Shown: piece after piece, positions 29,239 to 42,519 of the stretch
How the letters are laid out: each line of letters starts with the position of its first letter
Position numbering within the stretch: the stretch's first letter is position 1
Source of the DNA: Octopus sinensis
Taxonomy: Eukaryota
Direction of reading: 5' to 3'
Length of the DNA stretch: 64,000 nt
NCBI RefSeq assembly: GCF_006345805.1
Contig: NC_043012.1
Span: 45,322,001 to 45,386,000 of the forward strand
Translations under genes and position numbers: made by a program
Notes under the pieces: model-generated
What the model was told of the DNA's origin: nothing
Database searches by the model: none
The model's input: the letters and a program-made list of their open reading frames with translations, nothing else

Positions 29239-29686
29239 CTAGCTATTTTGACCCGTGCTTCACTGGGTTTTGGTGGTGGTGGTGTTTTGTGCGTGTTGTC
29301 TCCTTTTCCCTCTCATCTTTTGTTTGTCTTCTTTGCCTGGTTCTATTTATTGCCCTCTTCTTTACCTCCCTTTCCAAAATCCCCCAAATTTTTACACCCA
29401 CAATTAAAGATAACCGCCTCTAGCCCCTGAAGCAACACGAAAAGTCACCATTATTCAAACAGCACATTCTGTCTATCCCATAAAACTCAATGTTTCCTAT
29501 ATTCCTCGCCATGGCAACCAAACGGTAGCTACGAGCAACTTGCAACCCTCCTCACACCATTGCCCACCCCATTTTACCCCCAGTGTAAATTTTGGTGCCA
29601 ATCCGACCCCATCTACCGCCCCTTAAACCGTTCCCATCCCAAAATGAGACAAACAACGTTTTCGCATTTCAGCTTATAGATATTGA
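29239..29686 (-). mobile_element. Complete 448-bp non-autonomous Helitron
   Basis: Minus strand begins 5'-TC (29686) after an A. It ends with hairpin CCCAGTG-AAG-CACGGG (29252-29267), a 9-nt spacer and CTAG-3' (29239) before a T, giving an A|T target with no TSD. Confidence 0.75.
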
Positions 29687-29699
29687 TAAACATACCCTC

Positions 29700-29986
29700 T
29701 TACTATTTTACACGTTTCAGTCATTTGGCTGCGGCCAAGCTGGAGCATCACCTTTTCTCGAAGAAATCAACCTCGAGATTTATTCTTTGCATTCCTAGCA
29801 CTTACTCTAGCGGACTCTTTTGCCGAACCGCTACGTTCCGGGGACATAAGCACACAACATCAGTTTCAAGCGATGGTGGGTATACAAACAAAGACACAAA
29901 CTGACACATAAATATATACCATACATACATACATACATACATACATACAAACATACATAACATACATACATACATGCATATATATG

Positions 29987-30075
<89 letters not shown>

Positions 30076-30225
30076 GCCGACCTTTCAGTTTTCTTCTACC
30101 AAATCCACTCACAAGTCTTTAGTAGGTCCGAGGCCATTTTAGAAGACACTTGCCCAATGTGCCATACAGTGAGACTGAACCCGGAACCATGTGGTTGGAA
30201 AGCAAATTCCTACCACACACACACA
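29700..30225 (-). mobile_element. tRNA-derived SINE, same family as 24464-24874, with expanded internal microsatellite
   Basis: Collinear homology (GCTGGAGCA.C.CC, CTACCAAATCCACTCACAAG, AGAAGACACTTGCCCAA, ACTGAACCCGGAACCATGTGG). Confidence 0.85.
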
Positions 30226-30242
30226 CATACACACACACACAC

Positions 30243-30280
<38 letters not shown>

Positions 30281-30519
30281 GACTTCTACTTGTTTCACTT
30301 ATTACACTGCTTGGGTGCCGCCTTCAATGCATTTTGTCGAACAATTCACCCCAAGGACTCATTTTATTTCTAAGTCTGGTGCTTATTCTATTCTTATGTT
30401 TGAAGCAAAACATCTGATATATTTCTGTTGACAAAGAGTTAATCTTCAAAAAATATTCTGTACTGGATCGCTAGATTACGGGGAAATAAACAAAGCATCA
30501 CCAATTGTGAGGACAAAAG

Positions 30520-30555
<36 letters not shown>

Positions 30556-30556
<1 letters not shown>

Positions 30557-30720
30557 GCATCGTATTTCTTTCAGGTTTTTTTTCTACCGAATCGGCTCAC
30601 TAGGCTTCTTGTCACCCCTCGGCTATGGTAGAAGATTTTACCTAAGTTGCCAAGCAGCGGAGCTGAACCCGATACCATGTGGTTGGGAAGCAAACCTTTT
30701 ACTACACAGCCACGCCTACG
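30556..30720 (-). mobile_element. SINE head fragment
   Basis: Decayed homology to the 24711-24874 head. Confidence 0.7.
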
Positions 30721-32189
30721 ACGTGTTTCTGACTTTTCTCAGCTATGCAATCTGGTTAGTATATTTACTATCAATAATGATTGTTTTCGGTAATTACATA
30801 AGCATGTACATTAATCTATGGATGACATTTGAATCAATGTGAGGGTAAAACAGGATTCTATAAATATTGATTCACTTTATATTAATATGCCTCTAGGAAA
30901 AATTATTTTATTTGTGAGGACAACTTGACCTTTTGAAGATTAACACTTTGTCAACACAAATATAATATTAGATGTTTTGCTTCAAACATAAACATATTCC
31001 ATATTTCAATATATAATTGTTATACAATTTCGAGCTACTTTTGTCTATATTTTCAAGTGTTTAAGTTTTATATTTGACTGCGGTTTATGTGAGTATGGTT
31101 ACGTTTTCCTTCTCTATACGGCTGCATATGTGGATGTGTGTGTAAAGGCACGCGCATCATTTATTTCTGATTACTCTGAATTTTTAGTCGTTGCCCCGGA
31201 ACTGAAAAACATTTTACAAATACGAAGACAATCCTAGCTAATGAAACAAACATCCAGCTAATTAATTGCTTCAATTTGACTGTTTTGTCTTCTAAATGAG
31301 TCTAAATACGTATTTATTTTATTATATATTTTGTTTCGTTTGCTTATTTTCCTCTCTTTCTGTTATTTTTAAATTTTCGCCCGGTTTCTCTCTCTCGTCA
31401 ATTTTATATTTCTTTTGTTGTGTTTTTCCATATTTTAAATGTTCTTTTCTTTTCCTCCTCTTTTGTATTTCTGTTCCATTTTTACGTAATTTTGTTTATA
31501 GCTTCCCTTGGATTTCACATTGTTTTGTCACTATTATTCGGTCAAAATTGGTTTTCATTCTCAATTTATTGTTTCCACTAGTATTACCCTGTCTTACTTG
31601 TCAATTTTGTTGTGCTGTTCTATTTTCCTTGTGTATTTCGATTATTCATTATGGTTCATTGTTTATTTATTGTTCTTGCTATTATTACACGCAATTGCAG
31701 TTCATTGTTTTTGTTTTTTCCTTTTGTTCCATAATTTTTCTTTCTATTCTTTAATTATATTTTCATTATTTTTTTAATTAGTAGAATTTTCTGAATTTAT
31801 TTCAAATTACTAAATAATGCCACTGGAATAAAAGGTGAGGTATTGAGGTCATAACATGTCCAACCTTTTTTTGTGATATTCTATCTCATGTGATTAGTAT
31901 TAATAATGACCGTTAAATGCAAGTTCTCAATATGCTCTCAGTAACATTCGTCTTTTGCGTAGCAGAAGGGGGAAAAAGTTTTGTTATATTCTCATTTTCC
32001 AAATGTAATTAATCGCCAGGATTAATTATAACAGTTAGCCCGGAGCTTATTTACTCAATAATGTCTGTAGGAAATTAAAAGTGGGGGATTTAAGTTTTAA
32101 AGCCAAATGCAGTTTTAATCCTAGTGTGTTTAACGCCAGCAGTTTTTAATGAGCAAGCTGTTGTCATTAAGTATCTTCTTACGTATGGA

Positions 32190-34070
32190 TACCCAATTTG
32201 TCTATTGAGGCTAAGTAAAGCAAGTATTAACTGCTTTTCTGTATTAGAGTTCGAAAACATCTTGCAATGAGGAGGTTCATTAGCAAACTACAGACTGAAA
32301 TAAAAATCCTGGAAGAAACCAGGAGAGAATGAGGAAGAGAGAGAACAAGGCAATGACGAGAAAGGAGAAATAGCAATCATAGTTAGCTAACTTACAAGAA
32401 ACTTCTGAATATGTAATGTTTGGAATTAGATAAATACACCTGGTTATCACTGAAATAAGATACCGTGTTGAAGCACGGAAATCATTCATAAGCCCTCGTC
32501 TTCTACAGAATCAGATTTAATGGCAATAAGATTTTAGTAAACAGCAATGATAGGAAGGAGTCTCTGGGGAAAATTCCTTTCTTGGTGTTAACCTGCACAG
32601 GTTATTCTCTACTGTTGTCTTCCATTTCTTCATATTCTTACTGAATAATGCTACTCTATCCTTAGCTGCCCAACCATCTCCAGACACTTTGGAATCCACG
32701 AGCAAGGCACTATATGCCTTTTCGTAATCGATTCACGCTATTGACAAATTTAAATTTCTCAATCTTCTCCGGCAGTTCTTTAGAATTACCTTATCGACAA
32801 GCAACTGATTGTTTGTTTCTAGTGATCCCTTTCTGCAACCCTTCTGTTCATCCGTCAGTAGTTCGTTACTGTCTTTCATTATTTCAGTGAGGAGTTTCCA
32901 CATTATGAGTAAGCAAGTGATCCCTTGAGCTCCATCACGGGGATCTCTCTGGACCAGTACCCTCCTTTATTTTACCATTCAGTTTGACACATGTGGTCTG
33001 AGAGAAACTTGCGACTTTGGATGTGACTTCATCAAACTTTTGACTCAAAAGCTCTGTACAAGGCCAGGGCTAACTATTACTAATTCTAGTTCATATATCA
33101 TTCACCATGAAAGCGATGCCCTCTTGCACTTTTGTATTACTGTATTTCGCAGTCACTTCTTCAAGCCAAGTTGCCATCACATTGTATGAATTCTTTTGAC
33201 AATATGTTGATAAAATCGCTTCTATGAGCTTACTTCTTGTTTTTCTCATTCAAAGTTTAATAAAACAGTTTCTGGTTTATCTGTTTGAACTCTAGGTGTA
33301 TCACTTGATCTCACTCCCTCACTCTTTGATAGTTTCTTCTAATATATTTATGATATACAAAGTTCCATTCCCATCTTGGTGGTATATCCCATTCATTCAG
33401 CTATGCCACATATTTTCTTCACCTTGTTCTATCGATCTCACTCAAATCCTTTCTCCGCACCTTTTCCAGAAGGATTTTCGCTTCTCTTTTTTTCTTTCAA
33501 AATCCCCTTTCCTTCACCACAGATTTCATATTTGTGATGTCTTAATACTCAGAATACTTCATTCCTTTTACAATACACTGATCCCACCATTGCTCTATCA
33601 CATGACTTCAATGTAATACTTTATTGTTTTCAAGGAGCAACAATTCTAGAATCCTGTCACGGAGAGCATTTCGTCTGGGTTTATATCAGATGGGTAATAT
33701 TTTTTCCAGACCCCTATTATTGTTATTATTATTACGGCCGTGTTTAAACCTGAACCGCAGCAATAAAGGCCACCCGCCACACTTCTCGGTCTATCACCAC
33801 TGCCTTGAGGTCCTGGATACATTCAAGACCAGTGTCTACAATCCGATTGTCGATTTAAGCGTGACGCCGTTTTCCTATCACCTCGTTTCTCAGGCTCACG
33901 CCGGCTATAATATTCAAAGAAAGATTTCCTCTTTTGTCCATTTTAATCTCATTCGCTGTAACTTTATTGCGACCGGGCCTTAGCTGTTGTTCCACAGGAC
34001 ACACGCTGGACGCGACACCTTCGCTAAAAGCTCCACATTCTTCCGAAATGATGATCTTAGATGCTGCTAT
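32190..34070 (-). mobile_element. R4/Dong-like LINE RT relic
   Basis: [48 protein letters not shown] matches the typical R4-clade RT pattern; multiple stops and frameshifts. Confidence 0.75.
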
Positions 34071-34519
34071 CATTCTTTTTACATCATCATCATTAACAAC
34101 TTGAAGAATAAGAATCGGAAAATCAACAAAGGTCTCAAAGTTTGGTTACGGTGAAGTGGTGTCTCATTTCCTCTCACAAAGTCGGCCAGATATTCCAACA
34201 ACCAGGTTGCACATAATGATTTACTGGAGAAATGGAAAAGATAGAGACTGCGGGAGGGCGGAAATTCGTTGGAGATAGTTGAAAGGGATAGGAACAATAT
34301 AGATAAAAAAAAAACGTGAAAAATAAACAAAAAAAAGCAAAACACTGAGACTAGAGAGAAACGTTGTGGCTTTATGAAGTCGCCACATCAATTATCTGAT
34401 TATCAAGATTTATTTTTCAATTACTATAGTAGCAAGGAACTAGCGCATCTGCTGAATGACTTGACTTCTGTGTTTGTATGGCTGTATGCGCTTATGTATA
34501 CATACATATTTGTGTATAT

Positions 34520-34573
<54 letters not shown>

Positions 34574-34619
34574 TACATACACCACTGTGTGTGTGTGTGG
34601 GGGGGGGCTGGCTGTGCGT

Positions 34620-35300
34620 ACGTGTAGCCGAACTGTTGATTAGTTGCGTTCTTTCTTCAAACATGTGGTTGAAATATTCAATACCAGAAACTAGAGGTAT
34701 ACCATTTAATTCTTTTTTTTCTCTCAAGGACAGTCTATTGTAAATTTTAATAGCTGCTGTGGCTATATTTCTTAGCAGTTGTTGGTGAAGTCTGTACCGG
34801 AGCACTTCTTCATATTCAGCTTACATGTATAGCGCCATTAATTCTGATTGAATTACCCCGTGGTTTCTCGATTAACCATGCAATAATAGACATTGAATTC
34901 ACAGTTCGTTGAGATCACAGAATTCAGAGAGCAAGCATTTATTTCTATAGACCTTACATAGCAGTTTGACACTGTTGACGGGGTAACTCTTGTAGCTGGA
35001 TAGCCCTGAAAAATATCTTAAATGTCATTCAATACGTGCATAGCAACATGATAGCACGTTGAATGGAGAATTGATAAAACAAGTTTCAGTTGAGAACAGA
35101 GTACAACAGCTTAACAAATTTTATTATTCAGCAGAAACTTTAAAAGGCCATTTGAAGTCTGCCGCACAAATAAACAAATTCCAGTTGTAGTATTCAAATT
35201 TTGGTTTGGTGAGGCTGTGAGTGCTCGCTACATCGAAGTGTCATACAAAAGTTGCCAACAAGAAGGAATCTTTATAAGCATTGACACCGGTAATTAACAA
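34620..35300 (+). pseudogene. Decayed RTE-clade LINE RT
   Basis: ELPRGF..IIDIEFTVR, AFISIDLT*QFDTVD and the downstream NGVKQG-like region occur in the expected order. Confidence 0.6.
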
Positions 35301-35357
35301 ATAGTCATACTTGTTTATGAACTTGCCCCCAACGTATATGTGTATGTATATGTATGT

Positions 35358-35405
<48 letters not shown>

Positions 35406-35873
35406 TAATCACACATAAATATTCATGTTGACGCCAGCATCGCTGAGGCGTAAGAAGACGGTATGCAAACATGAGGTCCAGAGTTCAATTCTTCTCCATA
35501 TCTGTTAAGTATTTCTTAACAAAATATCTTTACTAGAACTTGTGATGCAAAATGAAGAGGCAGACACTGTACAGCAAACTATTCGAGAGTCTAGGTTCGT
35601 GGCACTGTGGTTCGTTGCTTCTACTAGAGAATTACTTGAAGGGTACACGGGGCTGTGATATTGTCACGTATCTCGCACATTAAATCAATCAGGGAAACAT
35701 GTATGCGTTCACACACACACACAAATAAACACATACACACACTCAGGCACATATACACACACACAGACACACTCGCAATTTCAACTGATGTACAGGAGAG
35801 TCAATTTCTTACTAAATACATACATTTCCACCTTACTAAACGTCTTGTCCGGTAAGTTCATGTGTATGTATGT

Positions 35874-36172
35874 ATCTTTATCTTCTTTTACTTGCTTCCG
35901 TCATTAGCCTGCGGTCATGCTGGAGCACTACATTTGATGGAGTCCATTTGAACGTATCGATTCCAGTAGCTTTTTTCTTTGAAGCCCGGTACTTATTCTA
36001 TCGGTCACTTTTTGCCGAACAGCTAATTTACGGGGATGTAAACACACATCAATACCGGTTATGAAACATACGCACATACACACATATACGATGGACTTCT
36101 TTCAGTTTCCATCTGCCAAATCCATTCACAAGGCCCGAGGCTATAGTAGAAGGCATTTGCCCAATGTGTCAC
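35874..36172 (-). mobile_element. tRNA-derived SINE copy (head truncated)
   Basis: Collinear homology to 24464-24874. Confidence 0.8.
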
Positions 36173-36493
36173 GATAATATCAATAATTACAACAACCACA
36201 TTGACCACAACAACAACAATTATACAAGAACAACAAGTACACAACAACTACAACACTATATCGGGAAGAAGCCAGCTAGCCTGAGCTACCGTAATAAGTA
36301 GGATGCACGGAAACACATCGACTGTTTTCAGGATGTTTAACCGGAACCCAATAGCCGTCATCAATTAAGAACGCAAAAATAAGGATTAAGAAAGTCTGAT
36401 GAAGAATCATTGTTGATTCCAAAGCATTAACAAGATAAGCCATAACTTCTAACAGCAAAGCTGTCTACAGGTCACGCGTCACATGCACTTTAA

Positions 36494-36597
<104 letters not shown>

Positions 36598-36954
36598 CCT
36601 ATCTATATATATATATATCTAATGTAATAAATAAATATTTATTCGTATATAAATGAAATAAATATATAAGAAAAAATGAGTTTTAAATCTGCTTCCATAT
36701 CCAAAAACCTGTTATATACCCTTAATCACTTACATTCATGAACCATTAAAACTTGTATATCCATAAATCTGTTTAAGAAAATTGAACCTTTTTAAACTTC
36801 CTTCTACTCTATCACATTTCATTGTATTTTATGGATTTTATTTTATTTTAATTTATTTTATTTCTTTACCTTCTTAACCTCACCTACAAAGGGCGGTACC
36901 CTGTTATCTTATCATATTATAACCATATTACCTGAGATACACCCACACATCATG

Positions 36955-36998
<44 letters not shown>

Positions 36999-37529
36999 GT
37001 GTGTGTGTGTGTGTGTGTGTGTTTACCTCCTCACTGGTGAGATAAACAAACGAGAGGGAAATTCTGCGCCAAAAGCCAATTAGAGAGTTTCTCTCATGGT
37101 ATCTACCGCAGTAAATTTTGTCCTAATAGAACATCCACGTTAAGGAGAAGATAAATATTACCACTCGGTAGTCACTGTTACTAATATATATATTTCAACA
37201 AGCTAGCAGGCTAATCGCGTCACCAGTCTATGTTCTGACATAGATTTTCTATATATGGCCAGTGGTGAAATAAGTCCGTGCTATCTATAGCGGCCGAGTA
37301 TCCAGTACCGTTGAGATCAAAGAAGATCGAAATCATATGAACTGGAGGTCTGGGTGCTGGAGTTGGTAAGGAGTTATCCTCCTGTTGTAGATATATACAA
37401 AGAAGCCTGCATTCTGCACCAAAAGCCTATATGAGAATTTCTTTCATGGTAAGTACCTCAGGAAAGTTTGTTCTAGCAGAACATTCACGTTTATGTTGGG
37501 GATAATTACTCTCTCTCTCTCTCTCTGTA

Positions 37530-37658
37530 TATAATCCACTCTCAAGGCTTTGGTTGGCATGCAGCTACAGTAGAAGATCCTTGTCCAAGGTTACTTGCAG
37601 TGGGACTGAACCGGAACCGTGTATTTCGAAGCAAACTCCTCACCACACAGCAACGCAC
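37530..37658 (-). mobile_element. SINE head fragment
   Basis: CAAGGCTTTGGT..AGTAGAAGA..GTGGGACTGAACC..ACCACACAGC. Confidence 0.75.
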
Positions 37659-38906
37659 ATATATAGATACATATGTATACAGGTATACATGCATGTTTGT
37701 GAGTACATGTACGTGCGCGCACGCGTCTACGTATACTTGTGTGTTTCAGTGTGAATGCTTAAAGGTGAAATATTACAGTGCCTACGTCAATGTCGATATT
37801 GTAAAGATAGCATATAATGAGGAAGTCAAGGAGATACGCATCGATTATCTTGAGAGCCATAAAAAGAATTACAAGACCCGTAATCTAGATTGGAAATTCT
37901 GTCGATCTATGAAACCATAAATGTTTATTTAATCGTAATCGAAATATATTTTGCGTGCAGAATGTATATTGTTCCGTGTTTAGTTGCCATTGTTATTTAT
38001 AAGTGTCTCGCTATGTCTTCGTTAATTTTTATTCCAAATCGAAATTAAAACTAATAAAAGATAAAAGACCAGTCATGAAGAGAAAGAGCGGCTAGTTTAA
38101 CATGTCCATCCATTGACGACCGTAAGCCATAAGAAAAAACAACAACAGTGATTCCAGGAATAACACTCATAAGAACAAAAATAACAAACGGGAAGCTCTG
38201 ATATAGAACTAGGAATGAAGTAAACGAGACAACTTGTCATATCAAGCTGGCAAAGAGAAAATTGGATTGTAATATAATAGGGATCATAGAATATTGCCAA
38301 ACTACCTCTGTCATTTACTGACGTTGCTGTTCTAATGTAGAAATGTAATGCACAACATTACGTTTCCGCTCAGTTGAAGATATTGTCTAGTCTGCTGTAT
38401 TTTATTTGAATGCTTTCTCAGTTATTTTGATTTCCTCTCCCACAGATACATTTTACTTGCGAGGGTGAACATGTTAGATATTCGGTTGAATATGACTTGA
38501 AATATAAACTAACTGAAACAAAGTTTCCATGTAACCACAACTGGAATATTATTTTACTTTTGCTTAACTGTGTACATACAGTCTGTAATACCGTGCTTCC
38601 TCACAGAAATCTAACTGTTTCTTTACAGCAACAGAAGATGTGGTTTAATCTGTCAATAGAACTGTAGTTACAACAATCAACTGGTCCATAAAATATCTCA
38701 ATACATAGTCGATGCGTATATTACTCTTCCTGCTCAATTTATTCATCTGAAAGCTACTGTTATTTTAGCGTACATGCCATTGCATGATTGAGATTACTGA
38801 AACTTAAAAAAAAATGCCTCTAAAGGCGAAAAGGTTATACCATTAACTTTGACACTGAGTGATAGAAATAATCTATCAAAGAATAGACGGTAGTATTACA
38901 CACTTC

Positions 38907-39085
38907 CTAAGGCGGTCGGCTGACAGAATCGTTAGCACGCCAGGCAAAATGCTTATCAGCATTTCGTCTATCTTTAAATTTTGAGTTCAAATTCCTCCGA
39001 GGTTGACTTTGCCTTTTATCCTTTCAGAGTCGATAAAATAAGTACCAGTTGAGCATTGGGGTCAATGTAATCGACTTACTCCCCA
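38907..39085 (+). mobile_element. Second tRNA-derived SINE family
   Basis: A-box-like GGCTGACAGAATCG, B box GAGTTCAAATTCC, core GTTGACTTTGCCTTTTATCCTTTC..GTCGATAAAATAAGTACCAG. Confidence 0.75.
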
Positions 39086-40100
39086 CCCTGAACAGGAAGG
39101 ATAATAATGAAAAAGAGTTCACGAGCAGCGGTAGTGATGAAGCATCATGTCCATGTGTTGTCAGTATTTCATTGGGGTGTTAAAAATCCATTTCTGTAAA
39201 ACACGAAACAAGAAAAGGTAACAAAAAGCAATTGAAGAATTCCCATTCCATCTGCCTCCTGCTTATCATTTACAAAGTTATCTTCCAAATTATGCTTTAA
39301 AAAATGCTCGACATCTTGGATGTCTATCAAACAAAGGAAGAAACTGGCTTCAGGACAGATTTTGCTATTATTGATCACATTCAGATTCTCGGTCAAATGG
39401 AAAAGTAGACAAGCGACCACAACCTCCCATTCAGCTTTGCCTTTGTTGACTATGAGAAAGCCTTCCATTCCATAGATTTTCCACTGCTTCTTACATTTTA
39501 TCATCGACCATTAGATGACCCCGAGAGAGTGACATGATCAAATTAGAGATAGAAGCAAAGCTGGGTGACTACATCTCACTGAAGTTGTTTACAGAGTGTC
39601 TGGAGGTCACTGTCATCAACATCTTCCAATGGCACAAGAAAAACATCAAGATTGACGGACGATAACTCTGACCTTGAATTCGCAGATGATACCTCGACAG
39701 CGCATACACCTAAGGAACTGGAAGAAATTTTCAGTGATATCGACACTACAAGCCACCCTGTCGGGTTCAACATAAACCTTGGAAAGACCAATATCATGTT
39801 CAACAGGAAAGCTACACCAGGCCCGTCACAAGTACATGCTGCCAGTGATGATTCACTACAGTGAAATATGGACTCTCACCACCACCAACACTGATACTGT
39901 TTGTAGCCCAACGGCAAATGGAACAGATCATGCTCAGTATCAAATTGAGTGGCAAGAAAAAATACAGTAGCAACACTACCACTCATTGAAGCCCTCAATC
40001 ATGCTCAGCATCATATTGCGGGACAAGAAAAAGAACGTCTGGATTCGAAAGCACATCTGAGTCAACGACATAATAAAAACCGCCTCGGAATACGAATATA

Positions 40101-41372
40101 CGAGGGACGTTCAATAAGTAATGCCTCTGACCCACTTGCAGTTGTTTGATCTAGCTGAAATTTTGCATGTGCAATTATTTATATCTCTATAGAGTAAGTG
40201 GTAATTGTGGTTTCTGATTTACAGGTGTTTGAACTGAGTCAAGTGTGAAATGGAGCCTGTTGAGTGTCGAGCAGTGATCCGGTTTTTGTATTTGAAAGGA
40301 CGCACACCACGGGAGACTTTTGATGAAATGAAAGTAACTTATGGTGATGATGCCCCATCATATGACCTTGTAAAACGCTGGCATCGTGAATTCAAACATG
40401 GTCGGAACTCTGTGGAAACAGCTCCCAGATCTGGTCGCCCCTTCTGCCATTGATGAGGCATCTGTCCGTCAAGTTGAGGCTGCCATTTTGGAAGATCGAC
40501 GCATAATTATTCGCCAAATAGCCCATAAGGTCAAGATTAGTACTGGGTCTGTGGAAACTATCATTGATGACCATTTGCATATGCAAAAGGTGTCTGCCAG
40601 ATGGATTCCCAGGTTGCTCACGCCTTTCCAGAAGCAAGAACGCGTCGAGTGCTCGAGGGTGAATTTGGAGATGTGCCAAGAAGATGAGTCAAAATTTTTC
40701 AAAAGACTGATTACACAGGATGAAACCTGGGTCCATCACGATGATCCAGAGACCAAAGCCCAGTCAATGCAGTGGAAGCACCGTGACTCACCCCCTCCAA
40801 AGTAGGCAAGGGTGCAGCCCTCCGCTGGCAAGGTCATGCTCACAGTCTTCTGGGACCAGGACGGAGTAGTGATGACAGATTTCCTGGCAAAGGGTACCAC
40901 AATTGCAGGAGCCTATTATGCTTCACTTTTGAGGAAATTAAGAGAAGCTATCAAAATCAAGAGGCGGGGCAAGATCAGCAAAGGCATCCTCCTCCTGCAG
41001 GACAACGCCCCGGTCCACAGCTCGCTTGTCGCCAGATCAGAAGCACAGGCGTATGGCTATGAACTCCTCCCCCATCCCCCTACTTTCCTGACCTTGCACC
41101 CTCTGATTTTCACCTCTTCCCAGTCATGAAGTTGTTTTTGAAAGGAAAGCGTTTCCCAGATGATGCAGCCTTGATTTTTGAAGTCACGTTCAGGTTGGAG
41201 GACCAAGCTGGGGTCTTCTACAAAAACGGTCTCCAGAGCTGCATCAAGCAATGGGAAAAATGCGTAACTCTCGGTGGTTCATATGTAGAAAAAGACTAAT
41301 AGCTGTGCCAAGTTTCGTTGCTCTACTGCTATGGGAAGTGGCTCAGGGGCATTACTTATTGAACGCCCCTCG
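40101..41372 (+). mobile_element. Full-length mariner (DD34D) transposon, 1272 bp
   Basis: 37-bp TIRs CGAGGGACGTTCAATAAGTAATGCCTCTGACCCACTT (3 mismatches); TA duplication at 40099-40100 and 41373-41374. Confidence 0.95.
40250..41299 (+). pseudogene. Mariner transposase pseudogene (two frameshifts, one stop)
   Basis: HTH, WIPRLL, ITQDETWVHH, AGKVMLTVFWD, LLQDNAPVH, DLAPSDFHLF. Frameshifts near 40445 and 41080; TAG at 40803. Confidence 0.93.
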
Positions 41373-42519
41373 TAGATGGGTTAGCCATGCTACGTGACTG
41401 AAAGACAAGAAATGGACAATCAGGGTGACTGAATGGGCACCAAGATAATGGAAAATATCAAGGGGCTGACCAAACACAAAATGGCGAGATGATCTCACCC
41501 GCTACCTGGAGCCTACGTGGCAGAGAGCGGTGGAAGATGTCCAGGGATATGATATGATATGATATATGCTATGATAGGATATGATATGATATGATATGAT
41601 ATATATATACTATACATTATACTTTAACGTTCAGACTAACCGAGTAATAGAAGCTAGAAGGCCTGACTTGGTAAACGGATATGAATATGAGAAGTATAGA
41701 AAAATTAGCGCAGTACCAGGTCCAAATCTCTGTGAATACCTATAGCAAGTCAGATTCGATCTTGTGTCTCCTTTCTTTATAGGTTGTAGGTACTGTTATA
41801 AACCTCGGATAATATTTGCTCTTACATTAACAATGGTGATTTATTTATTTATTTATCTAATATACTGTAAACATAAGCATTAAATGTCAGTCCTCTTGTC
41901 AATTATTGGACACTAAGCTCATAAATATTTACAGCTTGTCAGATATTTCGTGAATAATCAATAATGATATCAATATATATTGTATTATCAATTTATTATG
42001 CCATATATAAAGGATTTTTTCTTTATTAACTACAAGGGCTGTGTGACGTTGTGGACCTCACGAGAAGGCGAAACTAAACTGTAGAGGCTTTACAACGAGT
42101 AAATAAGTTATTAGCAACGATAAACAAAAATAAATCAACAAGGAAGGTTTTTCCGGAAGAGTCGACGACGCAAATCTGTTGAAGGACATATTCAACGTGT
42201 TCGTTATGTTTTTGCCCGGAAGCCATTAATTTTCTGTACAACTATTTACGAATGCATTGCTTGCGTTTAACTTTCGTCCTGCGCATAGTCTAAATGGTTT
42301 AAGCTGTTAGTGTCAGACATTATTTCAAATGCCACATGTCTAGACTTTTTCTTCGCTTGAACTAGAATTTCACCTCCGTCGAAAAGGTAACGATTTCGAA
42401 TATATTAGTAACATATTCGAACGCTATTTTTTGGATGAGGTAGTGATTATGCATGTAATATTGTCCTAGTTCCTATCTACCTGCACTTGGGATACGAAAC
42501 AGATCTCAAGTAGCTTAAA

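Larger units (their letters stand above)
39180..41605 (+). mobile_element. RTE-clade LINE relic interrupted by a mariner, with (GATAT)n tail
   Basis: EETGFRTDFAIIDHIQIL, FAFVDYEKAFHSI, LEFADD lie left of the mariner. RWVSHA..DKKWTIRVTEWAPR..KWRDDL lies to its right. Confidence 0.8.

Noticed and set aside
34440-34805. Protein-like minus-strand ORF (MLRYRLHQQLLRNIA...)
   Set aside because: The plus strand carries ordered RTE RT motifs, so the ORF is an antisense shadow.
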